Position numbers and translations under genes: made by a program. From Torpedo marmorata (Eukaryota): 64,000 nt of DNA. The stretch is taken from contig OZ360247.1 in NCBI GenBank assembly GCA_977017645.1, forward strand, positions 15,996,001 to 16,060,000, given 5' to 3'. Positions 34,586-46,872 of this stretch are shown here, one piece after another (the first letter of the stretch is position 1; the number at the start of each line of letters is the position of its first letter). The notes under the pieces are model-generated. The model was not told the origin of the DNA, ran no database searches, and saw only the letters and a list, made by a program, of their open reading frames with translations.

Positions 34586-35458
34586 TGTTACAAACTCAAA
34601 CCAGCAACGACAGAAGTCGCAATGCAAAGGGGTTAAAATTTAAATTTACATTTATTAAAGACAATTCAATATATAACTTCTTAATGATTAACCCCACTAT
34701 AAATGTCTATAACAACTATTCAGTTATCAAATACTTATCTAAAATGTGTGTGTGTGTGTGTGAAAAGCCCAAACCATTACAGTCTGTGCCCAACCCTCAT
34801 GTAAAAATGGAAAACCTTCCCCAAAACCCCAGGTCAGTCATAAAAAATAAGTCAGTCCCAAAAATACAGTCCACAAAAGTCACTCTCTTGGTTCAGGGTC
34901 CAAATTCAGCTGTGTGCTGGCACGAAGAACTTCTTAATGAATGTTGGAGAGAGAGACACTGACTGTTTTAAGATTACGAATGCTTGGTCTGCTGTATCCT
35001 TCTGATGACTTTCCTTTTGTAGGTGCACGAGGGTTGCTTTTCAAATCAGTGTTCCACTGATGAAGGCGTGTATGTGGATTTCACAGCCCGTCTAGCTGAT
35101 CTCACGCCTCTAATCCACGAAAGTTGCTTTAAATCAGTATTTTACTGATAAAGGAGGCCATGTGCTCTTTTCAACAGCCTTTCTAGCTGGAATGCACAAG
35201 CCTCTGTTTTTGCTGTTCTCTCTCCAGCCTTTGCAACTCCACTGAATGCTTTTGCAGAGTTTTGCACCTGCTTTTCCAAAAGTGCCACAAAATATATTTT
35301 TCACAGCCTGTCTCTCTCTCTATGTGTCTCTCTCTCTGAGCACAGCTAGCCCTGGGCAAGTTAACTCTTTCAGTACCTGGTCCCAATGTGTACTTAAAAG
35401 ACTTCATCCTTCCTGCTGACCGTCCGCAGTCCAAATGGTCAGTCATAGTCCATAAACA
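34586..35458 (-). mobile_element. Solo LTR, copy 2 (more diverged) of the ~850-bp family
   Basis: TGTTACAAA...CATAAACA termini, near-TSD TAAG/CAAG, collinear with 15916-16783. Confidence 0.78.
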
Positions 35459-35499
35459 CAAGTGATACCATCAATTCACAATAAAATCAAATGCCTGTA

Positions 35500-37015
35500 A
35501 TAAATAATTGGATGATATGAAGGTTGGAGGATTTGTGTATTGGTGTTGAAGGTTGTAGGTTACAACAGGATATAGACAGGATGCAGAGTTGGGCAGAAAA
35601 GTGGCAGATGGAGTTCAATCCGGATAAGTGTGAGGTAATGCATTTTGGAAGGTCAAACTTGAAGGCAGAGTACATGGTTAATGGTCGGATACTTAACAGA
35701 GGGACCTTGGGTCCAAATCCATAGATCTCTCCAGGTTGCTGTGCGGTTTGATAGGATAGTTAAGAAGGCCTATGGTATGCTGGGCTTCATTAGTTAGGGG
35801 ATTGAGTTCAGGAGTCATGAGGTAATGTTGCAGTTCCATAAATCTCTGAGACCACACGGAATATTGTGTTCAGTTCTGGTCACCTCATTACAGGAAGGAT
35901 GTGGAAACTATGGAGAGGGTGCAGAGGAGATTTACCAAGATGTTGCCTGGATTGGAAAATATGTCTTATGAGGCAAGGTTAACAGAGATAGGGCTTTTCT
36001 CTTTGGAGCAAAGAAGGATGAGAGGTGACTTAATAGAGGTCTACAAGATTATGAGAGGCATAGATAAGGTAGACAGCTGGCACCTTTTCCCCAGGGCAGG
36101 AGTAGCAAACACCAGAGGACATCTGTACAAAGTGAAGGATGGAAGGTTTAGGGCAGTGGTTTTCAAACTGACCCCCTAAACTCACATTCCACCTTAAGTA
36201 ATCCCTATGCCATAAGTGCTCTGTGATTAGTAAGGGATTGCTTAAGGTGGTATGTGAGTGGAAAGAAAAAGTTTGAAAACCACTGTTTTAATCGTACCTA
36301 ATTGATTCGTTTATGTGCACGGTTTCATAACTCCAAAGGAAATGGGCCAATGACAATTTTTCTCAAGCAAAATATTTCAGTAACAATTGGGTCCAGAGCA
36401 GTGGTTCTCAACCTTCCCTTCCCACTCACATTCCACCTTAAGCAATCCCTATGCCATAAGTGCTCTGTGATTAGTAAGGGATTGCTTAAGGTGGTATGTG
36501 AGTGGGAAGGGAAGGTTGAGAATCACTGCTCTGGACCCAATTGTTACTGAAATATTTTGCTTGAGAAAAATTGTCATTGGCCCATTTCCTTTGGAGTTAT
36601 GAAACCGTGCACATAAACGAATCAATTAGGTACGATTAAAACAGTGGTTTTCAAACTTTTTCTTTCCACTCACATACCACCTTAAGCAATCCCTTACTAA
36701 TCACAGAGCACTTATGGCATAGGTATTTCTTAAGGTGGAATGTGTGTTTAGGGGGGCAGTTTGAAAACCACTGGTTTAGGGGAAATATCAGGGGTAAGGT
36801 TTTTACACAGAGAGTTGTGGGTGCCTGGAATACATTGCCAGGGGTGGTGGTGGAGGCTGGAACAATAGGGGCATTTAAGAGACTCTTAGACAGTCACGTC
36901 GTTGAAAGTAAAATAGAGGGTTATGAGGTTGGGAATGTTTAGTTTTTTTTAGGCATATAAAGGGCGGCACAACATCGTGGACAAAAGGGCCTGTACTGTG
37001 CTGTAATGTTCTATG
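35500..37015 (+). mobile_element. CR1 LINE 3' fragment interrupted by a hAT MITE
   Basis: LQQDIDRMQSWAEKWQMEFNPDKCEVMHFG and RRMRGDLIEVYKIM. It resumes after 36773 with FRGNIRGKVFTQRVV. Confidence 0.88.
36154..36773. mobile_element. Composite palindromic hAT (Charlie-like) MITE, three modules
   Basis: TIR CAGTGGTTTTCAAACTG and perfect 8-bp TSD GTTTAGGG (36146-36153, 36774-36781). The whole element is a near-perfect inverted repeat. Confidence 0.88.
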
Positions 37016-37547
37016 CACCTAGGTCACAACATCACACACCAGTAACCTGCTGCTGGTGACATCATGTGGACTACAATAATATCAGACAGTGGCTACAATA
37101 TCCGACTGTGTGGAGAGTATTGCAGATCGGTATGACGTTACTCATCAGTAATCTCTCATTTGTGATGTTATGTAGCCCAAAATCATCACGCGGCAGAAAT
37201 CGGTCACTGGGAGCTAACAATGACATCACGCAGAAATAATCTATTGCTGAAGGCATTATCAATATCACCATGACCACCACTCACCAGTAACTCGTTACTG
37301 ATGACATCAAGTAATTTTCATTGACAATGCCTTAATATACTGGCATCATTGTGACATCATCAGTGACATTTTATATAGTTTTTATAAGTCATGGAAGAAA
37401 ACCTCTCTGCTTGCTCTCAAACTAATCTCATCAATCCCACTCCCCACCCAATGTCCTACTTGCATTTCTTCCTCAAACATATCCATCACGTGGGTTTCAG
37501 TGACATCTTGTAATAATCCATTGCCACTGTTTGGAAGGACAATGTTC

Positions 37548-38012
37548 CTTCTGGGGTTAGCCTATGAGGAGAGATTGAGTCGTTTGGGACTGTACTCACT
37601 GGAATTTAGAAGAATGAGAGGGGATCTTATAGAAATATATAAAATTATGAAAGGCATAGATAGAGGTAGGTAAGTTGTTTCCATTGGTAGGGGAGACCAG
37701 AACCAGGGACATTGCCTCAACATTCAGGGTAGTAGATTTAGGATGGAGATGAGGAGGAACTGCTTTTCCCAGAGGGTTGGGAAACTGTGGAATTTGCTGC
37801 CCATTGAAGCAGTGGAGGCGACCTCAGTAAATATATTTAAGGAAAGGTTGGATAGATTTTTACATAGTAGGGGAATTAAGGGATATGGGGAAAAGGCAGG
37901 TAGGTGGAGATGAGCCTATCATCAGATCAGCCTTGATCTCATTGAATGGCAGAGCAGGCTTGACGGGCCAGATGGCCTACTCCTGCTCCTATTTCTTATG
38001 TTCTTATGTTCT
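37548..38012 (+). mobile_element. CR1 3' fragment
   Basis: LYSLEFRRMRGDLIEIYKIMKG-type sequence and a (TTCTTATG) tail. Confidence 0.8.
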
Positions 38013-38234
38013 CACCACAATAATGTTGCCAGTGACATTGAGTTTCTATGAATCAGAGAGCTTGGGATTTTACTCCCAAAAATTCATGCTTGTCATTTTG
38101 ATGAGATAGAGGCAAAAACAATTTCCGAGCATTGGGAATAGGATGTAGTTTCACCCTTGCCCAACATTATGGATTTCTAGGAGAGAATAATGTGTTGGAC
38201 AATGGATAGATAGTTATTACATGTACAGAGCCAT

Positions 38235-39135
38235 GGAGTTATACAGTATGGAAACAGGTTCTTTGGCTCAACCCGTCCATGCTGACCAAGTTGCCTACCT
38301 GAGCAGTCCCATGTACCTGCATTTGGACCATGTCCCTCAAAACCTTTGCTATCCGTGTACCTGCCTGAAAAATTGTACCCAGCACTACCAATTCATCTAT
38401 CAGCACGTTCCATATACCCAACTCCCTCTGTGTGAGAGCCTGCCCCTCATGTCCTTTTTAATCTCTTTCCACTCTCATCTTAAATCTCTGCCCTCTGGTT
38501 TTATACACTCCTACATAGGAAAACGCCTATTCACCTTATCCGTGCCCCTCATGATTCTCTATATGTCTATAAGGCCAGCCCTTGGACTCCTACGCAGCAG
38601 GGAAAAAGGTGTCTCTTTATAACACAAGGCCTCCCCCTGCCCCGGTCTCAGCAACATCCTTGTGAATCTTTTATGCTCACTTTCCAGCTTAACGACATCC
38701 TTCCGATGCCAGTTGACCAGAACTGTGCACAATGCTCCAAGTGTGGACACACCAAAATCTCGTACAGTTGTAGTGTACTCAAATATCTTGACCTGTAAAG
38801 GTAAATGTGCCACATGCCATCTTCGCCACCTTGTCTTCCTGAGTTGCCACATTCAGGGAACTATGTGTTTGCACCCCTTTGTCTCTCTCTGTTTTATTAA
38901 CTCTCTCCAGAGCTCTGCCATTTACTCTGAAATCCTGCGCTCGTTTCATCACCAAATGCAACACTTTGCACATGTCCAAGTGAATTTCCATCATTTCTTC
39001 CTTGGCACATTTTGCCAGTTGATCTAAGACCTGTTCTCCTCTTAGATAACCTTTTTCACTGTCCATTATACCATTAATTTTGGCGTTATCCACAAACTTA
39101 CCATGTCAAAAATAATAAAATCCAAATCATTAATA
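38235..39135 (-). mobile_element. Degraded CR1 fragment
   Basis: The minus strand shows decayed KFVDNAKI, LDQLAKCAKE..CKVLH and RKDVVKLE..RFTRML motifs. Confidence 0.7.
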
Positions 39136-39212
39136 TTTTACGAAGGCTGAAAATATACATCAGCCCAATTGTTTCATTTCCCTCACACAATTAACACAAA
39201 ATATTTTTTTTA

Positions 39213-39447
39213 ACTTTAGAGATACAGCACTGTAACAGCCCCTTCCAGCCCATGAGTCCACGCGACCCATGTGATCAATTAACCTACTAACCCCCTGCGT
39301 GTTTGGAATGTGGGAGGAAACTGGAGCACCTGGAGGTAACCCACACAGTCTTGGGGAGAACGTACAAGTTCCTTACAGACAGCAGTGGATTCAAAACTGG
39401 GTCACTGGCACTGTAATAGTGTTGCACTAACCACTACGCTAACTGTC
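39213..39447 (-). mobile_element. V-SINE (HE1-like)
   Basis: Collinear with 4780-5041. Confidence 0.78.
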
Positions 39448-39609
39448 CTGTCCCTCTCCCTGACAACCAAAGGGTGGGCCACGGAAAAATAATGGAAAAG
39501 TGTGATTGAGCTAAACCAATGTCTCCTCCAGTTTTAGACTATTTGTTCATCAATGGTTTGTTATCTCTTAACTTGGCGTTGGTTTAATGTAAGCTTCTCC
39601 CAGAAGATC

Positions 39610-40270
39610 AAAGTTCAAAGTTCATATTTATTGTCAGAGTACATACATGACATCACATATACCACTGAGATTCTTTTTCCTGTGGGCCAGGCAGAATTTC
39701 TACTTATCAGATGTGCAGAAAACTGTACTCAAGAAAAGATAGATATTCAAAAGAGAGAAATGTAAACTGTGCAATACAGAAAATAAATATTCAATAATAA
39801 ATAATGTGCAAAGTAAGAGTCTCTGAGTTTGTTGTTTAGGAGTCTGATGGTGGAGGGGTAGCAACTGTTCCTGAACCTGATGGTACGAGTTTAGTGGCAC
39901 CTGTACCTCTTTCGGCATGGTTAACGTAGCAGTTAGCGCAATGCCTTTATGGGTTCGAATCCCGCGCTGTCTGTAAGGAGTTTGTACGTTCTCCCCGTGT
40001 CAGCATGGGTTTTCCCCGGGAGCTCCGGTTTCCTCCCACCGTTCGAAATGTACCGGGGGTGTAGGTTAATTGGATGTAAATTGGGTGGCACGGGCTCATG
40101 GGCCGAAATGGCCTGTTGCCGTGCTGTATGTCTAAATTTAAAATTTTAAAGTTAAATTTAAAAATTTCCTGATGGCAGCAGCGAGAACAATGCATGTCCT
40201 GGATGGTGTGGATCCTTGATGATTGCTGCTGCTCTCTGACGGCAGCATTCCCTGTAGATGTTCTCGATGC
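39610..40270 (-). mobile_element. Rex 3' fragment carrying a nested plus-strand V-SINE (~39915-40145)
   Basis: Rex tail (ttcaaag)n and 3' ORF remnant are split by a SINE with the B-box GGGTTCGAATCCC (39950-39963) and V-domain. Confidence 0.75.
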
Positions 40271-40879
40271 GACCAGGCAGTGAGATGTTCTGAATCCTAT
40301 GTCATCACAATTGTACTGGCTGAAATCATTGGCCAGCAGGCCTATCCCTAAACATCGTTTTCTGCTGCCTCTTTTTGTTCAAGTGAAGATCAGAGCAGTT
40401 TATCTACTTCACATCACAAGTGTTTCAATTGTGGTCATAAATATTTCCCCTGCAATTTCCTCTTCACACTCAGAAGCTTTTGAGCAATACACAAAAGTGC
40501 TGGAGAAACTCAGCAGGTCACGCAGCATCCACAGGAAGAAAAAAGGCAGTCAGTGTTTCGAGCCTGAGCCATTCTCGACAAATGGCTCAGGCCCGAAACG
40601 TCAACTGCTTTTTACTTCCTATGGATGTTGCGTGGCCTGCTCAAATTCTCCAGCACTTTTTTGTATTGCACTCGACCCCAGCATCTGTAGATTATTCTTG
40701 TTTAACTCTGAAGGTTTTGATTTGTGTTAAAGTGCAGTTCTACATGTCCGTTCTTGTAATGATATCTGTAAATATTTAAAAAATGTTGATTTGTAACTGT
40801 GGATTTAGAAGAAGCATCTTAGTCTAGCTTGATGCTTTTCACCCATTTTTCCTCATTCCCATCCCATACATATACCATG

Positions 40880-41380
40880 CAGGGATGCAGTGCTAATATT
40901 TTAGGTGCCGGAGCTCACCAAAAACAATCAAATATCCTAATGTTATTAATGGTATATTTCCCCCACCAGCCACCAACCCCTCTCCCCATCCCCCACCCCA
41001 ACACCCGCTTCTGTAAAATCCCTTGTATTCAGAGTCGGCATCAGAACAAATCTAATAAAGGGGCATTAGGGTAACCGTGGGGGGGGGGGCAACGGCGTAT
41101 CTACGCAAAATAGCGCCTATGGCAGGGGTGGCCAATGCGTCAAAATAAACGGCGACAAGGATGTCTCGCGAGACCTGGCCTTGGTGGCCGCCATGTTGTA
41201 TTTGGTGTTGTATAACGCCGACCAGAGGGAGGGCCCATGACGCTGACCCTGCCTGTATTTAATATGCGGCCGCTGTTAAATTCCCCACTAGTTAAAATTC
41301 CCCGCTTGTTTATTTTGCCTTTTTTTTTACAGAGGTGCCAGAGCGGTGCTCCGGTGAGCTCCGGCAGCACTGCACCCCTG
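40880..41380. mobile_element. Possible non-autonomous DNA transposon
   Basis: TIR-like CAGGGATGCAGTGCT / AGCACTGCACCCCTG with a CpG-rich interior. There is no clean 8-bp TSD, only CATG on both sides. Confidence 0.45.
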
Positions 41381-41921
41381 CATGCTTGAACTTGCACGTG
41401 GACACACACAGCCATACAAACACACAGAGTCATAGAGTTATCCAACATGGAGCCATGTCCAACACAACTGATCCATGCCTACCTGAGCTAATTCCGTGCC
41501 CATTTCTAGCCCATATCCCTCCAAATCGTTCCTGTCTATGTACCCGTACAAATGTCCTTCAAACTTTGTATTTGTACCCACTCGACCTCTGCAGGTTGCT
41601 CCATATTCCAAACATCCTCTGTGATAAAAGTTCCCCCTCTGTCCCTTGAAATCTCCTCCAACCCACCCTAAGTTTTAGACTCCCCTTTGCTGGGGGAAAA
41701 AAGACCTTATTGATGCCCTTCATGATTTTTTATACGTCTATACCCCAAGCATCGTTGCTGAGCCTCAGATATGCACAATGCTGAATACAATTTCACCAGA
41801 GTTACTGCTGAACAATTAAGTGCAGGAAAGCTGGCTAAATTTCAGGAGAGCGGCAACTAGCTGAAACTCTGGATCTGCTGTCCAGCGATATTATTGCCAA
41901 GACATTTGTCTTTGTTTAGGC

Positions 41922-42079
41922 CAGTGGTTCTCAACCTTTTTTTTCCACTCACATACCACCTTAAGTAATCCCTTACTATTACTTACTTACTATTGCATCC
42001 TCTGCCATAGGTGCTCTGTGGTTAGTAAGGGATTACTTAAGGTGGTATGTGAGTGGAAAAAAAAGGTTGAGAACCATTG
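41922..42079. mobile_element. hAT (Charlie-like) MITE monomer
   Basis: CAGTGGTTCTCAACC / GGTTGAGAACCATTG, near-TSD GTTTAGGC/CTTTAGGC, same module as in the 36154 and 56499 elements. Confidence 0.78.
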
Positions 42080-42304
42080 GCTTTAGGCCATGACGGAAGT
42101 GCACAGATTGAATTGCAACAGACAAATAGTAATGTTTTCCGACAACAATGAAGAAATTGCTGGTCAAATATGGAAGCGTGCACGACGAGACTGGCTCTGA
42201 ATTTGCAGATTGTCCGGTATTTGCCGACCACCAGAGGTCAGTATGGAGTCATGCTGGCTGCTCCCGGTTTCCTGGGCTTGTAATGCACACGCTCCAGACT
42301 CCCG

Positions 42305-43505
42305 TGTTCAAGTCAAGTCAGGTCACCTTTATTTGTCGTTCATTACCATATACACAGTAAGACGAGATAGCGTTTCTCCAGGACCATGGGCAGATGTACA
42401 TAAATATCATAATACAATAGAAAAACTATAACATGCTAATACACATATATATCTAGGAATTGAGGAGCCCGATGGCTTGGGGGAAAAAACTGTTGCACAG
42501 TCTGGACGTGTGAGCCCGAGTGCTTCGGTACCTCCTTCCAGATGGCAAAGAGAAAAACAGTTTACCAAAGGGGTGTGATAAGTCCTTCACAATGTTTTTA
42601 GCCTGCCTCATGCATTGTGTGTTGTAAATGTCTGTCATGGTGGGGAGAGAGACTCCAATAATTTTCTCCGCTGCCCTCACTATCCTCTGCAGGGTTTTTC
42701 GGTCCGAGGTGGTACAGTTTGCAAAACAAGCGGTGATGCAATTGCTCAGAATACTCTCAATGCATCCCCTGTAGAATGTAGTAAGGATAGGGGGTGGGAG
42801 ATGAACTTTCCTCAGTCTTCGCAGGAAGTAAAGACGCTGCTGGGCTTTCTTGACTATGGAACTGGTGTTTAGGGACCAGCTGAGACTCTCCGCCAAGTGC
42901 ACTCCAAGAAACTTGGTACTCTTTACGAACTCAACGGTAGAGCCGTCCATGGTCGACAACCAACTCTTTTGTTTTGTTCACGTTCAGCTGCAGGTTGTTG
43001 TTTCCGCACCATTCCATTAGCGACTGCACCTCATCTCTGTATGCTGACTCATCATTCTTACTGATAAGGCCCACCACGGTTGTATCATCAGCAAACTTTA
43101 TGATGTGATTCGAGCTGTGTTTTGCTGCACAGTCATGAGTCAGCAGGGTGAACAGCAATGGACTAAGCATACAGCCCTGGGGAGCCCCCGTGCTCCATGT
43201 AATGACCTTGGAAGTGCTGTTTCCAATCCCGACTGCCTGAGGTCTTCCCGTCAGGAAGTCTAGGATCCAATTACAGAGTGTGTAGTTTAGGCCCAGCTCC
43301 CTCAACTTCCCTATCAGGTACTGAGGTATGATCGTGTTGAATGCCGAGCTGAAGTCAATAAACAGCATTCGAACATACGCGTCCTTATTTTCCAGGTGGG
43401 TGAGGGCTAGGTGGAGGGTGGTAATGATGGCATCATCTGTGGAGCGGTTTGATCTATATGCGAACTGCAGGGGGTCCAGTGAGGGGGGCAGCAGAAGCTT
43501 GATGC
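42305..43505 (-). mobile_element. Rex1/Babar LINE fragment (RT to 3' end)
   Basis: [39 protein letters not shown] and KKAQQRLYFLRRLRK. Same subfamily as 15163-18330. Confidence 0.9.
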
Positions 43506-45531
43506 GTGAGATCTGCCCGGAGCAGCAAGTATTTGTAATCCAAAATGGTTAAAAAAAATGTTGAGCAGGGACTGGACTTAAGTGGAATGGAGGGAAGTTG
43601 AGGAGAGGAGGGAAAGAAGGGAGCGGTGAAAAGGGGGGAGGGTAAAGTTTGTGGGAGAGGAGACCATAGTGGGGTGAATGGGGATCAAGGGAAAGGATAA
43701 TTGAAGGGTTGGAAAAAAGAAGGGTTTAATATTATAGAACCATGAGGGTTTGAATGAGTAGGAATTGTTTCCACTGGCATGGGGTAGCTAACTAGAAGAT
43801 CCCATCACTGGTGGTGGGCTGGGGGAGGAGAATATTCTTTGAGCAGAAAGTTGTAACTAAGGTGTGGACACTGTTTCAAGGTGTGGGGGCAGCAGTTTCA
43901 ACCATGGCTTTCAGACCAAAACCAGAACATCACTTGTACAGGTTTGCAGTCCCCTCTGGGGAGAAGGCAGGGCAGAGGGAAGAACTGGCCACAATCTTTC
44001 AAGTGGATACGTAAATGAGAGGCCAAACAGGCGCTCAAACTGTGGGGCACAATGCAAGGATTCCAGAAGCTTCCCATTCCATTCCTAAAGCACATCAACC
44101 ATGACTCGAAAGCACTTGGCAGGAGAGCTCTGACTCACAAAAGTGTCACTCAGTGGGAATAGCAGCACTACCTTTGTGTCGTTCACACACTGACAGCACG
44201 GGGAACATTGTGTTTGCCTGTATCCAGGCAACATATCTTAAGAGCCTTGTAATCGAGACTTGAGGGGTAGCTAGGTTTATAAGAGGGGATTCTTGAAAGG
44301 AAGAAAGATCTACAGACTGACAGGATCCTTCAATCCTGGGAGGAGAGAGCAGGGTGTGTGGAAATAGGGCACGTTGGAAAGGGGTCTGTGGAATAGGGAA
44401 GAGAGGTGGCTCAGGTAAGGAAGGAGAGTCCAGGGAGATTGAGACATGGGACTTGAGAGAACTGGCAGAAGTTGAGGAGATTTAGGGATAAACTAAGGGG
44501 TGCCCTTGGGGTGTTGGGGCTTGATGATCATGGGAGAGGGTGTGGAGAGCTGGACTATGGGAAGTGCACAGGGCCACTGGAGGCAGGGGTTGGGGAGAAT
44601 GACTGAGAGTAGGTGGTCAGGAATGGAAATAGAGGAAGTGGTGAATCGTCACAGGTTGAGCAGAAGGAGCAGGAGGTGATGGCAAGGCAGCCAACAAATT
44701 AATTGTTCCTGTTCTTTGCTTATTCCTCGAGGAAGGGCTCAGGCCTGAAACGTCGGTAGCATATCTTTACCTCCTATGGATGCTGCGAGACCAGCTGAGT
44801 TCCTCCAGCATTTCTGTGTGTCTTTTACTACAATCACAGCATCTGCAGACCTTCGTGTTTCACCCCAAATTCTTTGATCCGTTTCAACTCAACTGGGAGT
44901 GAATGGCATAATAGATACTGAGCAGTTATTTCCTCAGTTGCTGAGTCTCCATCCAATGGGTGGAGTCCCAGGGCAAAGGTTTGGATATTTGTCAGGAAGG
45001 GGAGGAGCTCTTTTAACTCAGCGGCTTGTAAATCTTTGGAATTTTCCCCCCAGACAGCAGTGAATATTCAGCCATTGAGCACTTTAATGATGCATTCGAG
45101 GCATTTTTGAACACAGAGGAAGTTGGAGTCAGGAGGTGGGGGTGGGGAATGGCTTGAGTGAGGGGATATTGAGGAAAATCGGTCATGAGCTTCCTGACTG
45201 AAAATTGATGAAACAGTAACTCTTTTTTTCTGAATGTGCTGAGGGTTTCTGATCTGTTACCTTCTCGTGTTTCAGAGCTCAGAATTTATGGACCAAGCGT
45301 GAGTAAGTAAGTTGAGTGCAGATGAATATAATGGTTAGTATGGACAGTGGGCTGAATGGCTGCTTCTGTGCAGCATGACCCTATGGCTCTGGAACCCCAT
45401 AAAGCACACTGGGTTGGCAAGGCCCAGTATTTATTGCCCATCTTTAGATGTCCTTGAGAAGTTGGTGGTGGGTGTCATCTTGAATGGCACTGCTAAAGCC
45501 AGGCCAGTCACCCTCGTTAAGGCCTTCTGAG

Positions 45532-46872
45532 GATGTTCTGAGAGATCGGGTATACAAGTATTTGGACAGCCAAGGGCTAATTAAGGATAGTCAGCATGGC
45601 TTTGTGCATGGTAGGTCGTGTTTAACGAATCTTATTGAATTTTTCGAGGAGGTTACCAAGAAAGTAGATGAAGGAAAGGCTGTGGATGTTATCTACATGG
45701 ACTTTAGTAAGGCCTTTGACAAGGTCCCACATGGGAGGTTAGTTCAGAAGGTTCAGACACTAGGTATCCAGGGAGAGGTTGTAAACTGGATTCGTAATTG
45801 GCTGTGTGGGAGAAGACAGAGAGTGGTAGTGGATGATTGCTTCTCAGACTGGAGGCCTGTGATTAGTGGTGTACCTCAGGGATCGGTGCTGGGACCATTG
45901 TTGTTTGTTGTCGATATCAATGATCTGGATGATAATGTGGTAAATTGGATCAGCAAGTTTGCTGATGACACTAAGATTGGAGGCGTTGTGGACAGCGAGG
46001 AAGGCTTTCAAAGCTTGCAGAGGGATCTGGACCAACTGGAAAAATGGGCCAGAAAATGGCAGATGGAATTTAATGCAGACAAGTGTGAGGTGTTGCATTT
46101 TGGAAGGACAAACCAAGGTAGGACATACACAGTAAATGGTAGGGCACTGTGGAGTGCTGAGGAACAAAGGGATCTGGGAATACAGATACATAATTCTCTG
46201 AAAGTGATGTTACAGGTAGACAGGATTGTGAAGAAAGCTTTTGGCATCTTGGCCTTCATAAATCAAAGTATTGAGTACAGGAGTTGGGATGTTATGGTAA
46301 GGTTGTATAAGACATTGGTGAGGCCAAATTTGGAGTATTGTGTGCAGTTCTGGTCGCCTAACTACAGGATATCAGTAAGATTGAAAGAGTGCAGAGAAGA
46401 TTTACTAGGATGTTGCCCGGTCTTCAGGAGTTGAGTTACAGGGAAAGATTAAACAGGTTAGGACTTTATTCCTTGGAGTGTAGAAGAATGAGGGGAGATT
46501 TCATAGAGGTTTACAAAATTATGAGGGGTATAGACAGAGTAAATGCGAGTAGGCTCTTTCCACTTAGATTAGGAGAGACAAATACAAGAGGACATGGCTT
46601 TAGGGTGAAAGGGGAAAGGTTTAGGGGGAACATTAGGGGGAACTTCACTCAGAAAGTGGTGGGAGTATGGAACGAACTGCCATCTGACGTAGTAAATGCA
46701 GGCTCACTCTTAAGTTTTAAGAATAAATTGGATAGATACATGGATGGGAGAGGTCTGGAGGGTTATGGAATGGGTGCAGGTCAGTGGGACTAGAGGAATG
46801 ATTTTTCGGCACAGACTAGAAGGGCCGAATGGCCTGTTTTCTGTGCTGTAGTGTTCTATGGTTCTATGGTTC
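45532..46872 (+). mobile_element. CR1 LINE fragment (RT to 3' tail)
   Basis: SQHGFVHGRSCLTNL, DFSKAFDKVPH, GVPQGSVLGP and SKFADDTK. Tail (TTCTATGG). Confidence 0.93.

Noticed and set aside
43560-44690. Purine-rich strand-biased tracts
   Set aside because: Low complexity, with no period, ORF or termini that I could define.
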